From: a virus
Taxonomy: Duplodnaviria > Caudoviricetes
DNA: 64,000 bases
Direction: 5' to 3' (one strand)
Virus record (IMG/VR): IMGVR_UViG_3300048599_000416
Location: 2,890-66,889 of that record
Part shown: positions 19,019-28,778 of the stretch, in pieces
How the letters are laid out: every line of letters begins with the position of its first letter
Position numbering within the stretch: position 1 is the first letter of the stretch
Position numbers and translations under genes: made by a program
The notes under the pieces: generated by a model
The model's input: only the letters and a program-made list of their open reading frames with translations
Database searches by the model: none
Told to the model about the DNA's origin: nothing

Positions 19019-19636
19019 CAGCCTTTTCGTATTCTCAATTTACAAGCTGGATTGGGTGGTAATAGAGTAAAATGGAGCGGAAATATACACATAACCGCTG
19101 TTGAAATTGATCCAAAGATTGCTGCCATTTATAAAGCCAATTTTCCAAATGATACTGTAATTATTGGAGATGCAATGGATTACTTAAAAAAACACAGGAA
19201 TGAATTTGATTTTATATGGAGTTCTCCCCCTTGCCAAAAACATAGCAAGATGATGAAAGCGACAAGACATGATGTAGCTGATTTTATTGATTTACAGCTT
19301 TATCAAACCATTATATTTTTGAAGCACTTTTATAAAGGGAAATGGATTGTTGAAAATGTAAAACCTTATTATGAACCGCTTATTAAGCCAACAAAAGTTT
19401 TTGGACGACATTTGGTTTGGAGCAACTTAGATTTAACAGACTTTAAAACTGAAAATGTACCAAACTTTATCAAAGGAGATTCACCAACCGAAATAGAAGC
19501 TCTTAAAAAATGGTTAGGGATAAAATACGACGGAAATATCTACTACGGTAAGAATCATTCACCTGGTCAAGTATTGCGAAATTGCGTTAACCCTGATTTA
19601 GGGCTGCACATTTTAAATGCGGTTCTATCTCTTTAA
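18953..19636 (+). CDS. Short C5-cytosine DNA methyltransferase
   Basis: ILNLQAGLGG motif I, WSSPPCQ motif IV, IVENV motif VI. Confidence 0.85.
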   Translation: MQNANTSTTEQNGRLNIPIVSSQPFRILNLQAGLGGNRVKWSGNIHITAVEIDPKIAAIYKANFPNDTVIIGDAMDYLKKHRNEFDFIWSSPPCQKHSKMMKATRHDVADFIDLQLYQTIIFLKHFYKGKWIVENVKPYYEPLIKPTKVFGRHLVWSNLDLTDFKTENVPNFIKGDSPTEIEALKKWLGIKYDGNIYYGKNHSPGQVLRNCVNPDLGLHILNAVLSL

Positions 19637-19701
19637 GGTTGGAGCTAACTATTATCTATCAAAACCATTTATAAAATAATTAATAACCAATACTTTAAGG
19701 C

Positions 19702-20535
19702 ATGAATATCGGAAACTACACCAATCAACTTTCCAGGAGTTTGGAGTACAGAATGTATTCGGAGAATACGGTGAGAGCGTATGTGGAACAGATTCAAAAG
19801 TTTCTGAAATATTTTGAACCGGTGGCCTCAAAGCCTTCCGAAATTTCGGCAAAGCAGATAAAAGAATACCTGTCAAGCCTTGGAAGTTATTCATATCATA
19901 AAGCAGCGTTGTGTGCTATCAAATACTTTTACAAGGAGGTGGGAAAGCAACCGCGTAAACTGGATGACGTGAAGTTTCCACGTAAGCAGCAGAGATTGCC
20001 TCAAGTATTGAGCCAACAGGAGATACAGCGGATGTTTAATGCCTGTACCAATACAAAGCACAAAGTCATACTGTCGCTATTGTATGCCACAGGCTTACGG
20101 GTGTCGGAATTGATAAACCTGAAATGGGAGAATATTGACCGACAAAGAATGGTTATCAATATTATTACAGGAAAGGGTAATAAGGATCGCCAGGTGATGT
20201 TGCCGGAAATGTTGATTCCATTATTCACAAAATACTGGATGGAATACCGGTCGAAAGAATACGTGTTGAACGGGCAGTTTGAACCACAGTATTCGCAAAC
20301 AAGCGTGTTGCAGGTGGTAAAGCAATTAGCGGCAAAGGCCGGGATAAATAAACGGGTATACACACATTTAATGCGGCACTGTTCGTTTACACACATGGTG
20401 GAAAACGGTACGGACATCAACCTTATACAGCGCATTGCAGGGCACAAATCGGCAAAAACTACTGCTATTTATACCCATATTTCGCACAATATCATCAGTA
20501 AAATACAATCGCCTATTGCGATGATTCAATTATAA
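19702..20535 (+). CDS. Tyrosine recombinase (Xer/integron-integrase-like, SAM-like N-domain, no IntI insertion apparent)
   Basis: YATGLRVSE, GKGNKDR, HLMRH, AGHKSAKTTAIY catalytic residues; 277 aa. Confidence 0.92.
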   Translation: MNIGNYTNQLSRSLEYRMYSENTVRAYVEQIQKFLKYFEPVASKPSEISAKQIKEYLSSLGSYSYHKAALCAIKYFYKEVGKQPRKLDDVKFPRKQQRLPQVLSQQEIQRMFNACTNTKHKVILSLLYATGLRVSELINLKWENIDRQRMVINIITGKGNKDRQVMLPEMLIPLFTKYWMEYRSKEYVLNGQFEPQYSQTSVLQVVKQLAAKAGINKRVYTHLMRHCSFTHMVENGTDINLIQRIAGHKSAKTTAIYTHISHNIISKIQSPIAMIQL

Positions 20536-20593
20536 CAACAAAATAAATAGCAGAGATAAGAAATAGTTTTTTATCTTTGCAAACCAGGCTATC

Positions 20594-21571
20594 ATGTTCG
20601 ATTGGATAACGATTCGTGCCCGCGTAAGTGACGATGTGCGCAACCAGTTGGTTGCAAAGCATTCGCTGAGAGAATGTCGCGGAACGAGTGGTGCGGTTGA
20701 GTATGATAGCTCCGGCATATCCAATATTCACGGGCTTTCGGTGAGTATAAAAAAGAATGTAGTTACTCTGCGAACCTCGTTGCACAAGTATTACGACAAT
20801 CGTAATTTCGGCACCGGAGTAGGCAGGGGTTTGAATGTGACGCTGTTTGACCGAGTTAGTGCGGTGGCGGCATTTCACAATTTACTGGCAGAAAACTTCC
20901 TGAGGGAAGATGCTACCAAGGTTTTGAAGTTCGAGATCGGGTTGAATCTTCACATGAAGATGGAACCAGTAGAATATATAAAGCTGATACGCGCTATAGG
21001 TGTACAGACGAAGTGTTATTTTGAAGATGCAAACTACCGGCGCAACCGGCAAAAGACAACGGAGAAGCACAAAGACATACGTAAGTTCTTCAAGATATAC
21101 GATAAGGGCTTTGAGCGATTTGAAAAGGAACGCCGAAAGGAAGTGAAAGAAAGAGGCATTGAAGAGAATCTGTTGCGGATTGAAACGGTGTATAAACGCA
21201 ACTCAACAAAGGCAGATAATTTTCTGAGTGATAGCAATATAAATAGGTTGTTCGATCAATTTTTTGAGGATTGGTCGTCTGCCCTTTTTTTGCGCCGTGT
21301 GCGAGCCGATAAGGGCATACGAAAAAGTGAGCTGGACAGAGCTGAACGCATTTTCAATATCGGACCGGAAGAATACATGCGACAAGCGGCAGAACTATAT
21401 AAACAGGGACATTTGACGGAGAAGCAGTACCGGACCATCCGGGAATTCGTTCGGGATTTCGATAAACTGAAACATAATTTTAAGGTAGAAATATCGCCGC
21501 TGGAAAAAGAGTTTTTCAAAGTATTAAAGTCAACATTTACAAAGTGTTGCGGACGAAATGGCGATCAATAA
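20594..21571 (+). CDS. Putative replication initiator (Rep_trans / phage gene II-X-like)
   Basis: DW at the N-terminus, SLHKYY, FEIGLN, KIYDKG, LLRIE motifs resemble rolling-circle Rep_trans initiators; TATCTTTG promoter motif at 20572-20579. Confidence 0.6.
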   Translation: MFDWITIRARVSDDVRNQLVAKHSLRECRGTSGAVEYDSSGISNIHGLSVSIKKNVVTLRTSLHKYYDNRNFGTGVGRGLNVTLFDRVSAVAAFHNLLAENFLREDATKVLKFEIGLNLHMKMEPVEYIKLIRAIGVQTKCYFEDANYRRNRQKTTEKHKDIRKFFKIYDKGFERFEKERRKEVKERGIEENLLRIETVYKRNSTKADNFLSDSNINRLFDQFFEDWSSALFLRRVRADKGIRKSELDRAERIFNIGPEEYMRQAAELYKQGHLTEKQYRTIREFVRDFDKLKHNFKVEISPLEKEFFKVLKSTFTKCCGRNGDQ

Positions 21572-21882
21572 AAAACTGAATTGATTTTAGGTATTTTTGA
21601 AAAACGTTAAGCGCTGATTATTAAATAGTTATAAAATATAATTTATTGATAATCAGGCACATGCCCATAAGGTCAATTGTATAATTAAAAGTAAATCAAA
21701 AAGATACGGTTTGTAAACCGTTGTAAACTGTTGCAAAATCCGGGTTTTGGCTATATTTAAGGAGCCAGTGCCCGGATATTTTTTTGTCTGTTTGAAATGA
21801 TGTAGTTGTGGTAGCTAGTACTATACTGCCCGAAGGGTAGCGGGTACGAAGTACACGCTAAAGAGGGCAGAAACTTGTCAGA

Positions 21883-21917
21883 TTAATGGTTAATGATTAA
21901 TGGTTAGTGGTTAATTA
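21883..21917. repeat. Degenerate heptamer tandem repeat (TTAATGG)x5
   Basis: ttaatgg ttaatga ttaatgg ttagtgg ttaatta. Confidence 0.75.
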
Positions 21918-22806
21918 TAAATCATAAATGATTGTATGTTAGATTTATAGGCTATTTTGTGGTTGTGGTTGGAATGTTATTTGAATCTAAAGTAGAAAGA
22001 AATAGAAACAAAGAAAAAATGGGACGTTTTAAGCGAGTTTAAGCAATTGAATGTGGAAAGTATCGGTTGAGGTAGGTTGATTTAAACTGAAGCTTATTTC
22101 TGATAAAATAGAATAATATTAGAAGGTGTGATGTAAAGCAAAAAAAAGCACCGGTTAAGGTGCTTCTGTAATCACGTTTTTTGCACGTGTCGAAATATTT
22201 TGATTTTGTAGACATGAAAAATTATACGTTGCTGCTATACTTACCATTTTCCTGATGTCGGGAATATGATAAAGAAATGTGATTTTATTTACACGTTTGT
22301 GCGATATGAAAAAGAAACGCGATTTTCTTTGCATGAAAAAAGCACCGGTTAGAGTGCTTCTGTTATTTTTTGATTACGCTTCCATTTATCGAGCGCAAGA
22401 GCAATTGCCAATTTAATTGTGGGAGATCCTTCGTAAATCCATTTCCCGACATCATCTGTAATTTTAAGAGCCTTCAATGAATTTGCAATGTGATAATCGA
22501 CCTTGTAATCCTCGTATAGTTTCTTTATCACTATAGTTCCGGCCTCATGCCGATATTTATACGAAATTAAAAACTTCAACAGTTTATCAATATATTCCTG
22601 TCGGGGGAAGAGATACTATAAATCATTCAGAGAGTATTTGATTTCGTCTGCGAATGGTTCGTCTATTTTGGATATAGAACCTAATTTACCTGTGTTTTGT
22701 GCCATTGTGTAAAATATTAAAATTGTATTGCAAAGATACTGCATTTACAAAGCAAATCACAACTATTTGTTTCTGTTGTTCAGCATATTTTTGAAATAAC
22801 CAATAC

Positions 22807-22834
22807 AAAAGCCCCACGTTACTGTGAGGCTTTT
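22807..22834 (-). terminator. Intrinsic terminator downstream of the terS-like gene
   Basis: aaaagcc...ggctttt hairpin next to the stop at 22836. Confidence 0.6.
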
Positions 22835-22835
22835 A

Positions 22836-23114
22836 TTATTGAGTGAGATTATCGATTTTCTTCATTGCCTGATTCCAAGATTCGAAGGCTTTTTGATCGA
22901 AATTGACTTCTTCTTTCTTAGGAATGACAAAGCTCATCATCTTTGTAAGAATAGCCCATTGCGTTTCCCGATCGAGTTTGGAGAATGTATAATTCAAACG
23001 TTCCGTATTCGCGGATACGAATTGTAATACCCATTGTTTGAGTTCGGCAGAAGTTTTATTTTTAGTTCCCTTCTTTCTTCCTCCTGTTTTGACTGATCCT
23101 TTTGCGCGCGGCAT
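22836..23114 (-). CDS. Putative terminase small subunit
   Basis: KTGGRKKGTKNK N-terminal motif typical of TerS-like proteins; divergent from the portal gene. Confidence 0.55.
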   Translation of the reverse strand: MPRAKGSVKTGGRKKGTKNKTSAELKQWVLQFVSANTERLNYTFSKLDRETQWAILTKMMSFVIPKKEEVNFDQKAFESWNQAMKKIDNLTQ

Positions 23115-23185
23115 AACTATAAAATTAAAAATATGTCGAAAATAAAGCTTTCTGATTGAACCTTATGCAACTGCAATAAAGAAAA

Positions 23186-23200
23186 TGTCATCGTGGGCAA
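23186..23200 (+). promoter_or_regulatory. Candidate late regulatory motif TGTCATCGTGGGCAA, copy 1
   Basis: Identical 15-mer at 46825-46839; both copies lie in divergent intergenic regions upstream of virion operons. Confidence 0.5.
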
Positions 23201-23244
23201 GGTATGCCGGTTAAAAAGCTTTTTTTTGTTCAAAATATAGGACA

Positions 23245-25275
23245 ATGGCAACATCAATTAATAACGTTTTACGGCAGTACAAAAAATATCATCGGAAACC
23301 CACTCCGAAAAGCGAACCGGTAAAGCAATTTGCCTCCTTCAGGAAAGAACAAAATGTATTGATGGACGGTTATTACTGTTGGATGAGTGGAGCCGATTGG
23401 CGCAAAGACGTACGCCGATCGGAAGAATTTGTATTTGGCGATCAGTGGAAAGATATGGTACGCGATGCCGTGAACCATCGGACCGTAAGCGAACGCTCCC
23501 TGATGATGGAACAAGGCGTAAACCCAAGCCAGTACAACATTATCCGCAACATTATCCGCACCATCTCCGGCGTGTGGGGACAAAACAAAACGCTGCCCGT
23601 CTGCGTATCTCAAACTGAAGACGGAGAAACCGACAGCGAAATACTTACCGCAACCCTTCAGGCACTTTACCGTAAAGACGAAACCTCAAAACTGGATATG
23701 GCCATTATTATTCAGCTGGCCATTGCCGGTGTTGGTCCTATTAGATGCGACTACAACTGGGATCGTGGAGATTTGGATGTACACACCGACTACATAGATC
23801 CATTCACCTTCATAGTAGACAACACGATGAAAGATCCGCGATACAGAGATTGCGGATTGGTGGGCTGCTTCTATGACAAAACGCTGGCGCAGGTAATATC
23901 CAAATTCGGACACGGAGATGCAGCCCGTATCAATGAGCTGAAACGCATCTATGCCAATTCGGATCCGCAAAAACGGTACGAAATGGTTTCGACGTTCACG
24001 GACGAACGCATAGAAAAAGACTTCTTTGTACCAGGAGTAGAAAACCTGAATTCGTGCCGGGTATTCGAAATATGGCGACTGGAAACCAAAGAAGGATTCA
24101 ACATTCACGATCGATTAAACGGAACATTTGAATTCAACTACAAACTATCCGAACAAGATATTGCCGCCATCAACGAGCAACGCATAGCCGAACAATCGGC
24201 TGCCGGAGTAGCAGAAGAAGATATGCTGCTGTTGGAAGCAGAACCAGCATCGCAAGACATTTGGCACTATTACTACCTGACACCTTACGGAGACGTGTTG
24301 CAGGAAGGCGACAATCCATTCTGGCATGGCAACTCACCATTTGTATTCGAAATACATTCCTTCTTTATCGGGAAGATTTACCCGCTGATAAAAGACATCA
24401 TCGATACACAAAAGCAGGTGAACAAACTATCGGCTACAACCGATTTGCTGATGAAGTATGCAGCCAAGAACCTGTTGTTTGTTCCGACACAATCCATATC
24501 AACCGAATACGGAGGCTTAGAAACAATTGAGCGTAAAGCAGCCAGCTACGATGCGGTAATAGCATACGATGCAAAGGCAGGTATTCCGCAACCAAATTTT
24601 GTCAGTTCGATGGACAAAGCGTTTGCCCCGCTTTCAATTGTGAATATGTATCTGGAAATGGGCAAAAACATATCCGGCGTGTTCGGAGCATTGCAGGGTC
24701 AAGCTCCTATGTCGGGAACACCGGCGGCAATGTACGCGCAGCAAACGCAAAACTCGGCAACCAGTTTGGTAGACTTCTTCCAGTCGATGGAGAGTTTACG
24801 ACTTCGACGCGACAAGATGCGGGTGCAGCTAATGCAACAATTCTACACAGAACCCCGCTGGGTATTCTTCAAACAAAAAAACAAACAAATCTTCTGGGAT
24901 GCAGACAAAGTGCGCCGGATAGAATTTGAAACCAACGTGGTAGAAAATACAGACACCCCAGCATTCAGGTTAATGATGAACGATGTATTGTTACAATTAA
25001 AACAATACGACACGCAAAACATGCTTGATTTTAGAGGTTTGATAGAGGCTGGTAACTGGCCGTTCAAAGAACCAATACTGGATTACCTAAACCAACGCGA
25101 AAAAGATATTGCGCAAGGTCGGGCCGCACAACCGATGACACCGGAATTACAGCAACAACTATCGCAAGGATACATGCTGAATCCGGAACTGCAACAGCAA
25201 ATGCAAGCCAATGCCGAAACTGCGCAACCAATGCCCGAACAGCAAGTACAACAACCGGTACCACCACAACAGTAA
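23245..25275 (+). CDS. Portal protein (P22/podovirus-like)
   Basis: 676 aa; W...SEEFVFGDQW and YNIIRNII N-terminal pattern; Q-rich tail; first gene of the structural operon. Confidence 0.8.
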   Translation: MATSINNVLRQYKKYHRKPTPKSEPVKQFASFRKEQNVLMDGYYCWMSGADWRKDVRRSEEFVFGDQWKDMVRDAVNHRTVSERSLMMEQGVNPSQYNIIRNIIRTISGVWGQNKTLPVCVSQTEDGETDSEILTATLQALYRKDETSKLDMAIIIQLAIAGVGPIRCDYNWDRGDLDVHTDYIDPFTFIVDNTMKDPRYRDCGLVGCFYDKTLAQVISKFGHGDAARINELKRIYANSDPQKRYEMVSTFTDERIEKDFFVPGVENLNSCRVFEIWRLETKEGFNIHDRLNGTFEFNYKLSEQDIAAINEQRIAEQSAAGVAEEDMLLLEAEPASQDIWHYYYLTPYGDVLQEGDNPFWHGNSPFVFEIHSFFIGKIYPLIKDIIDTQKQVNKLSATTDLLMKYAAKNLLFVPTQSISTEYGGLETIERKAASYDAVIAYDAKAGIPQPNFVSSMDKAFAPLSIVNMYLEMGKNISGVFGALQGQAPMSGTPAAMYAQQTQNSATSLVDFFQSMESLRLRRDKMRVQLMQQFYTEPRWVFFKQKNKQIFWDADKVRRIEFETNVVENTDTPAFRLMMNDVLLQLKQYDTQNMLDFRGLIEAGNWPFKEPILDYLNQREKDIAQGRAAQPMTPELQQQLSQGYMLNPELQQQMQANAETAQPMPEQQVQQPVPPQQ

Positions 25276-25281
25276 ACAAAC

Positions 25282-25803
25282 ATGTTAAGAATACATACAC
25301 CACATATTTGTTCGCAGATATACATCTACACCTCGGAGAATATATTCAAAGAAGTGAAGAATGAATCGTCGCAACTGGCCGCCAGGAGTTTTGACAAAGA
25401 CGGGAAACCATTGTTTGACAAACTCGTATTCGATGAAGCGTACATGATAAACTTTCGCCGGTTGTTTCTGAATGCACAATCGGAAATAATGCTGCTATTG
25501 CCGGACCGACTGATAAAAACACCCAGTGACGATTGGTTTGACGAAAACAATTTCAACGATGACAAGGATTTCGTATTCTTCTTCCTTGTAAATTCAAACA
25601 CGCACCTGTTCAAGATGCTCGACATCAAAATACAGGAATACATAGACAACAGCATCATGTACCAGTGGTTGCAAACAAAGCATCCGGATATAGCTGTAGT
25701 TTACGCGCAAAACATGGTGCAGTTGAAAGACGACATCAAACGATTTGTAGCCCGGATACAGATAGACGGAAGAGACATTAGACGATACCCAAGTTTTCCC
25801 TGA
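25282..25803 (+). CDS. Putative virion protein (head-tail region)
   Basis: 173 aa between the portal and the tail-stabilisation gene. Confidence 0.55.
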   Translation: MLRIHTPHICSQIYIYTSENIFKEVKNESSQLAARSFDKDGKPLFDKLVFDEAYMINFRRLFLNAQSEIMLLLPDRLIKTPSDDWFDENNFNDDKDFVFFFLVNSNTHLFKMLDIKIQEYIDNSIMYQWLQTKHPDIAVVYAQNMVQLKDDIKRFVARIQIDGRDIRRYPSFP

Positions 25804-25809
25804 TAAACC

Positions 25810-28755
25810 ATGCCAAGACAAATAACCGAACTCAACGGAATGACAAGCACCGGCGTGTACAAAGATGGAGAAATGTCGACGCTGGTGAACATGCGCAAAA
25901 AAGGCGGTGTGATGCGACCGGTATCCCCTATCGGGCGAATGGCGAAATACTACCAGTTGGCGTATGACAACATCATATTTGTACCCGCGTGGAGTGTTGA
26001 GGCAGGGAATAAGGCAATGTCGGACAGGCGCGCATTTGTGGGATTGGTATATACCTCCGACACAACAAAAATCTATTTTGATGAGGCAGAACCATTTGTA
26101 CTGGGAGATAGAATCACGGACATACGGGTACAGGGAATGATAATCACCTTCGTGGGATTGAAAGGCGTATACTACGGCAAGATAACCGCACTGTGGAGTG
26201 ATGTACCGGGAGGATCAGGCACCGGACTTGTCTTTACATTTCTGGGAGCATTGCCGGAATGCCCGGTAATAAAGTTTGCACATGCGAGTAGCACAAAAAA
26301 AGTAAACGATTCTTTGTATGAAAGCGAAAATCAATTTTCGCAGGATGTGGCAAGTCTTGAAAATGATAAGCCATTGTGGGACAAAGCAGAGGAGTTATAC
26401 AATTTATTAATCAATAACTACCGGGAAGAAATAGACGCATTGCCATTGTATGATGCTTATTTTATGAGATATGCGCTAAGATTGTATGATGGAACGGTGG
26501 TAAAGGTAAGCGCGCCGATTTTGATAATGCCTCAAAACAAAATATCCAACGATACATTAGAAACATCCCCCGGGGGATTTAATATTGGCAATTACCTTGA
26601 TGATAAAAAATTAAACAAAGTCTGCGCGGTGCTTTATCCACTAACTACAATCACACAGTTTTGTGTGGAAGTTGCCATGAGATTTTACAATCTTCAGTTA
26701 ACGTATGATTTTAGCGCATTGACGGAATGGAAAGACATCATAAAATCAGTGGATATATTTATGTCATTGCCTCTTAATGTAAGCGGGAGAAATACATATG
26801 GAGGAGATGTTAGTCTGACGTGGGGCTATAATCATAAAGGAGACTGGCAGTTATTCTGTCCTACAAAAGAAATTACAACAGCCGCAAAAGAAAACATTGA
26901 AAATACTTCGGAATTGTTTTTGATTAAATCAATAACAGATTTTGGATCCGGGAATTTCATATTTCCAACATCGAATGACAATATAAAAACGTACGACGTT
27001 CTTGCCACCAAAGAGCTATTAAAAGATGAGGCGGTAACACACACCTACGGAGCAGAAGGAACGTACATGTACAATAAACGGCTGCACCTGTACGGATTGA
27101 CGCAAACATATTATCCCGGCTTCCGTTACGATCAGTTTGCATGGTCGCCGACAGACGCCGCCGGAAACGCATCGACATACAACGGATCAGGCTTTGCCGA
27201 TGCCGCCGAAATATCACCAAGCTATACAGATGGCCATATATACCTGATAGTACACATAAAATCGATACGGACATCGGAAAGCATTGTGAGTGTAATATCG
27301 GTTGAGGAATACAAAAAACTATTCTCGTCAGCTTTTTTGTCGTATCCGGACAACAACGCCTACAAACTGGAAGTAGCATTCAAGGATAGCACCATGCCAG
27401 TTCCGGTGAAGATAGCCGAATTTGATTTGAAACGACATTCGAATCTGAACCTATCCTACTATTACGATCCGAACCTGTTGCCAATTGAAAAGCAAACATA
27501 CGGCAGTACGGCGTCGGAAGTGAAACACACTTCGATAGATTTGAAAGACACGCTGATGGTGTCTGGGCAAAACAATCCGTTTTTGTTCAAAGCGGTAAAC
27601 ATGTACGTTTTTGAGGGCAGCATACTATCAGTAAAAGCCAACAAACTGAATGTAACAGACCGAAATTACGGGCAATATCCGCTATATGTATTCACGACAG
27701 ATGGTCCGTGGATGATGCAGGTGGGAACGGATGAGGTAGTATATTCCACCATTATGAGTCCGACGGCGCATGTATTTCCGTTGTCAACGTTAAGCGAAAA
27801 CACACCTTACGGAATAGCATTCATTGCCAAGCGTGGAGTATATCTGATCAACGGACAACAAACCCTCTTTTTGTCGGAAGTGATTGAAAACAGTCAGACA
27901 ATCAATCTGGAAGCAAACGCACAGATAGATAAGATGGTGAAAAACTACTCGGGTAAAAACTTTGTGGAATATTGCACCGGCGCCACCGGAATGCTGTATA
28001 ACCACCTGCACAACGAACTGGTGATAAACAAAGCGGGAGAAGGTTACATGTACGTGTACAACTTCGACAGCAAAATGTGGTATATAAGTACCGAAATAGT
28101 TGACGGATTTGTGCAGAATGACAGTCATAACGGATACTGCTTTGAAAACTTCCCTGAAGGAATTTTACCGGACGGTTCCACCGGACTGGAAACAACGCCA
28201 AACGTAAAGCAATACCTGAAATCGTACAATCTGACAAAGACAGAAACGGTAATATTGAACACTCCCAACCCTCCGGTGGTAGGTTACAGCTATCCGACAC
28301 CGACCCATATTTCATTTGTGACCCGTCCGATGATGTTTGGAACGCAAGATGCAAAGCGACTTGCAAGGATGGTACTTCGTGGCCTGTTTTACGGATGGAG
28401 AGGAAAAATTATCTCCAAAAAAATAGCGAGAGGATGCGTTGCAATATACGACTCAATAGACGGGGTGAATTTCAGATTGATAAAAGGAATAGTACGATCG
28501 ACAGATGGACAAACCACATTCCTTCCTCCGGCAGAAATAGTAAATGATCCGTTGTATGCAGGACTGGTATGGAAAGATTTTTCGAGCGAAGAATACAAGC
28601 TGGCAAATTTGAAAGATATAGATTCAGGACTATTTACCGGCGTAAAATCGCGCTATATAGTAGTAGTCCTTGGAGCTGTAGTAGATGCTGAAACGCAGAT
28701 ACAGTACATAGACACCGAAATAGCAAAAGAATACGATAACGAGAAAATGGAATAA
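25810..28755 (+). CDS. Putative tail stabilisation/nozzle protein (P22 gp10-like)
   Basis: 981-aa beta-rich protein with YGQYPLYVFTTDG and TPYGIAFIAKRGVYLING segments, in the podoviral position. Confidence 0.6.
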   Translation: MPRQITELNGMTSTGVYKDGEMSTLVNMRKKGGVMRPVSPIGRMAKYYQLAYDNIIFVPAWSVEAGNKAMSDRRAFVGLVYTSDTTKIYFDEAEPFVLGDRITDIRVQGMIITFVGLKGVYYGKITALWSDVPGGSGTGLVFTFLGALPECPVIKFAHASSTKKVNDSLYESENQFSQDVASLENDKPLWDKAEELYNLLINNYREEIDALPLYDAYFMRYALRLYDGTVVKVSAPILIMPQNKISNDTLETSPGGFNIGNYLDDKKLNKVCAVLYPLTTITQFCVEVAMRFYNLQLTYDFSALTEWKDIIKSVDIFMSLPLNVSGRNTYGGDVSLTWGYNHKGDWQLFCPTKEITTAAKENIENTSELFLIKSITDFGSGNFIFPTSNDNIKTYDVLATKELLKDEAVTHTYGAEGTYMYNKRLHLYGLTQTYYPGFRYDQFAWSPTDAAGNASTYNGSGFADAAEISPSYTDGHIYLIVHIKSIRTSESIVSVISVEEYKKLFSSAFLSYPDNNAYKLEVAFKDSTMPVPVKIAEFDLKRHSNLNLSYYYDPNLLPIEKQTYGSTASEVKHTSIDLKDTLMVSGQNNPFLFKAVNMYVFEGSILSVKANKLNVTDRNYGQYPLYVFTTDGPWMMQVGTDEVVYSTIMSPTAHVFPLSTLSENTPYGIAFIAKRGVYLINGQQTLFLSEVIENSQTINLEANAQIDKMVKNYSGKNFVEYCTGATGMLYNHLHNELVINKAGEGYMYVYNFDSKMWYISTEIVDGFVQNDSHNGYCFENFPEGILPDGSTGLETTPNVKQYLKSYNLTKTETVILNTPNPPVVGYSYPTPTHISFVTRPMMFGTQDAKRLARMVLRGLFYGWRGKIISKKIARGCVAIYDSIDGVNFRLIKGIVRSTDGQTTFLPPAEIVNDPLYAGLVWKDFSSEEYKLANLKDIDSGLFTGVKSRYIVVVLGAVVDAETQIQYIDTEIAKEYDNEKME

Positions 28756-28778
28756 TAACAACCAAAAACAACCAAATT

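Noticed and set aside
19702-20535. Canonical class 1-type integron integrase (intI)
   Set aside because: It is shorter than typical IntI, with no evident IntI-specific insertion, and is co-oriented downstream of the cassette; it is reported as integron-like only.
22139-22365. Duplicated aagcacc-ggtta-gtgctt hairpins as a type I toxin-antitoxin locus
   Set aside because: They look like two related terminators, and no convincing small hydrophobic ORF lies between them.
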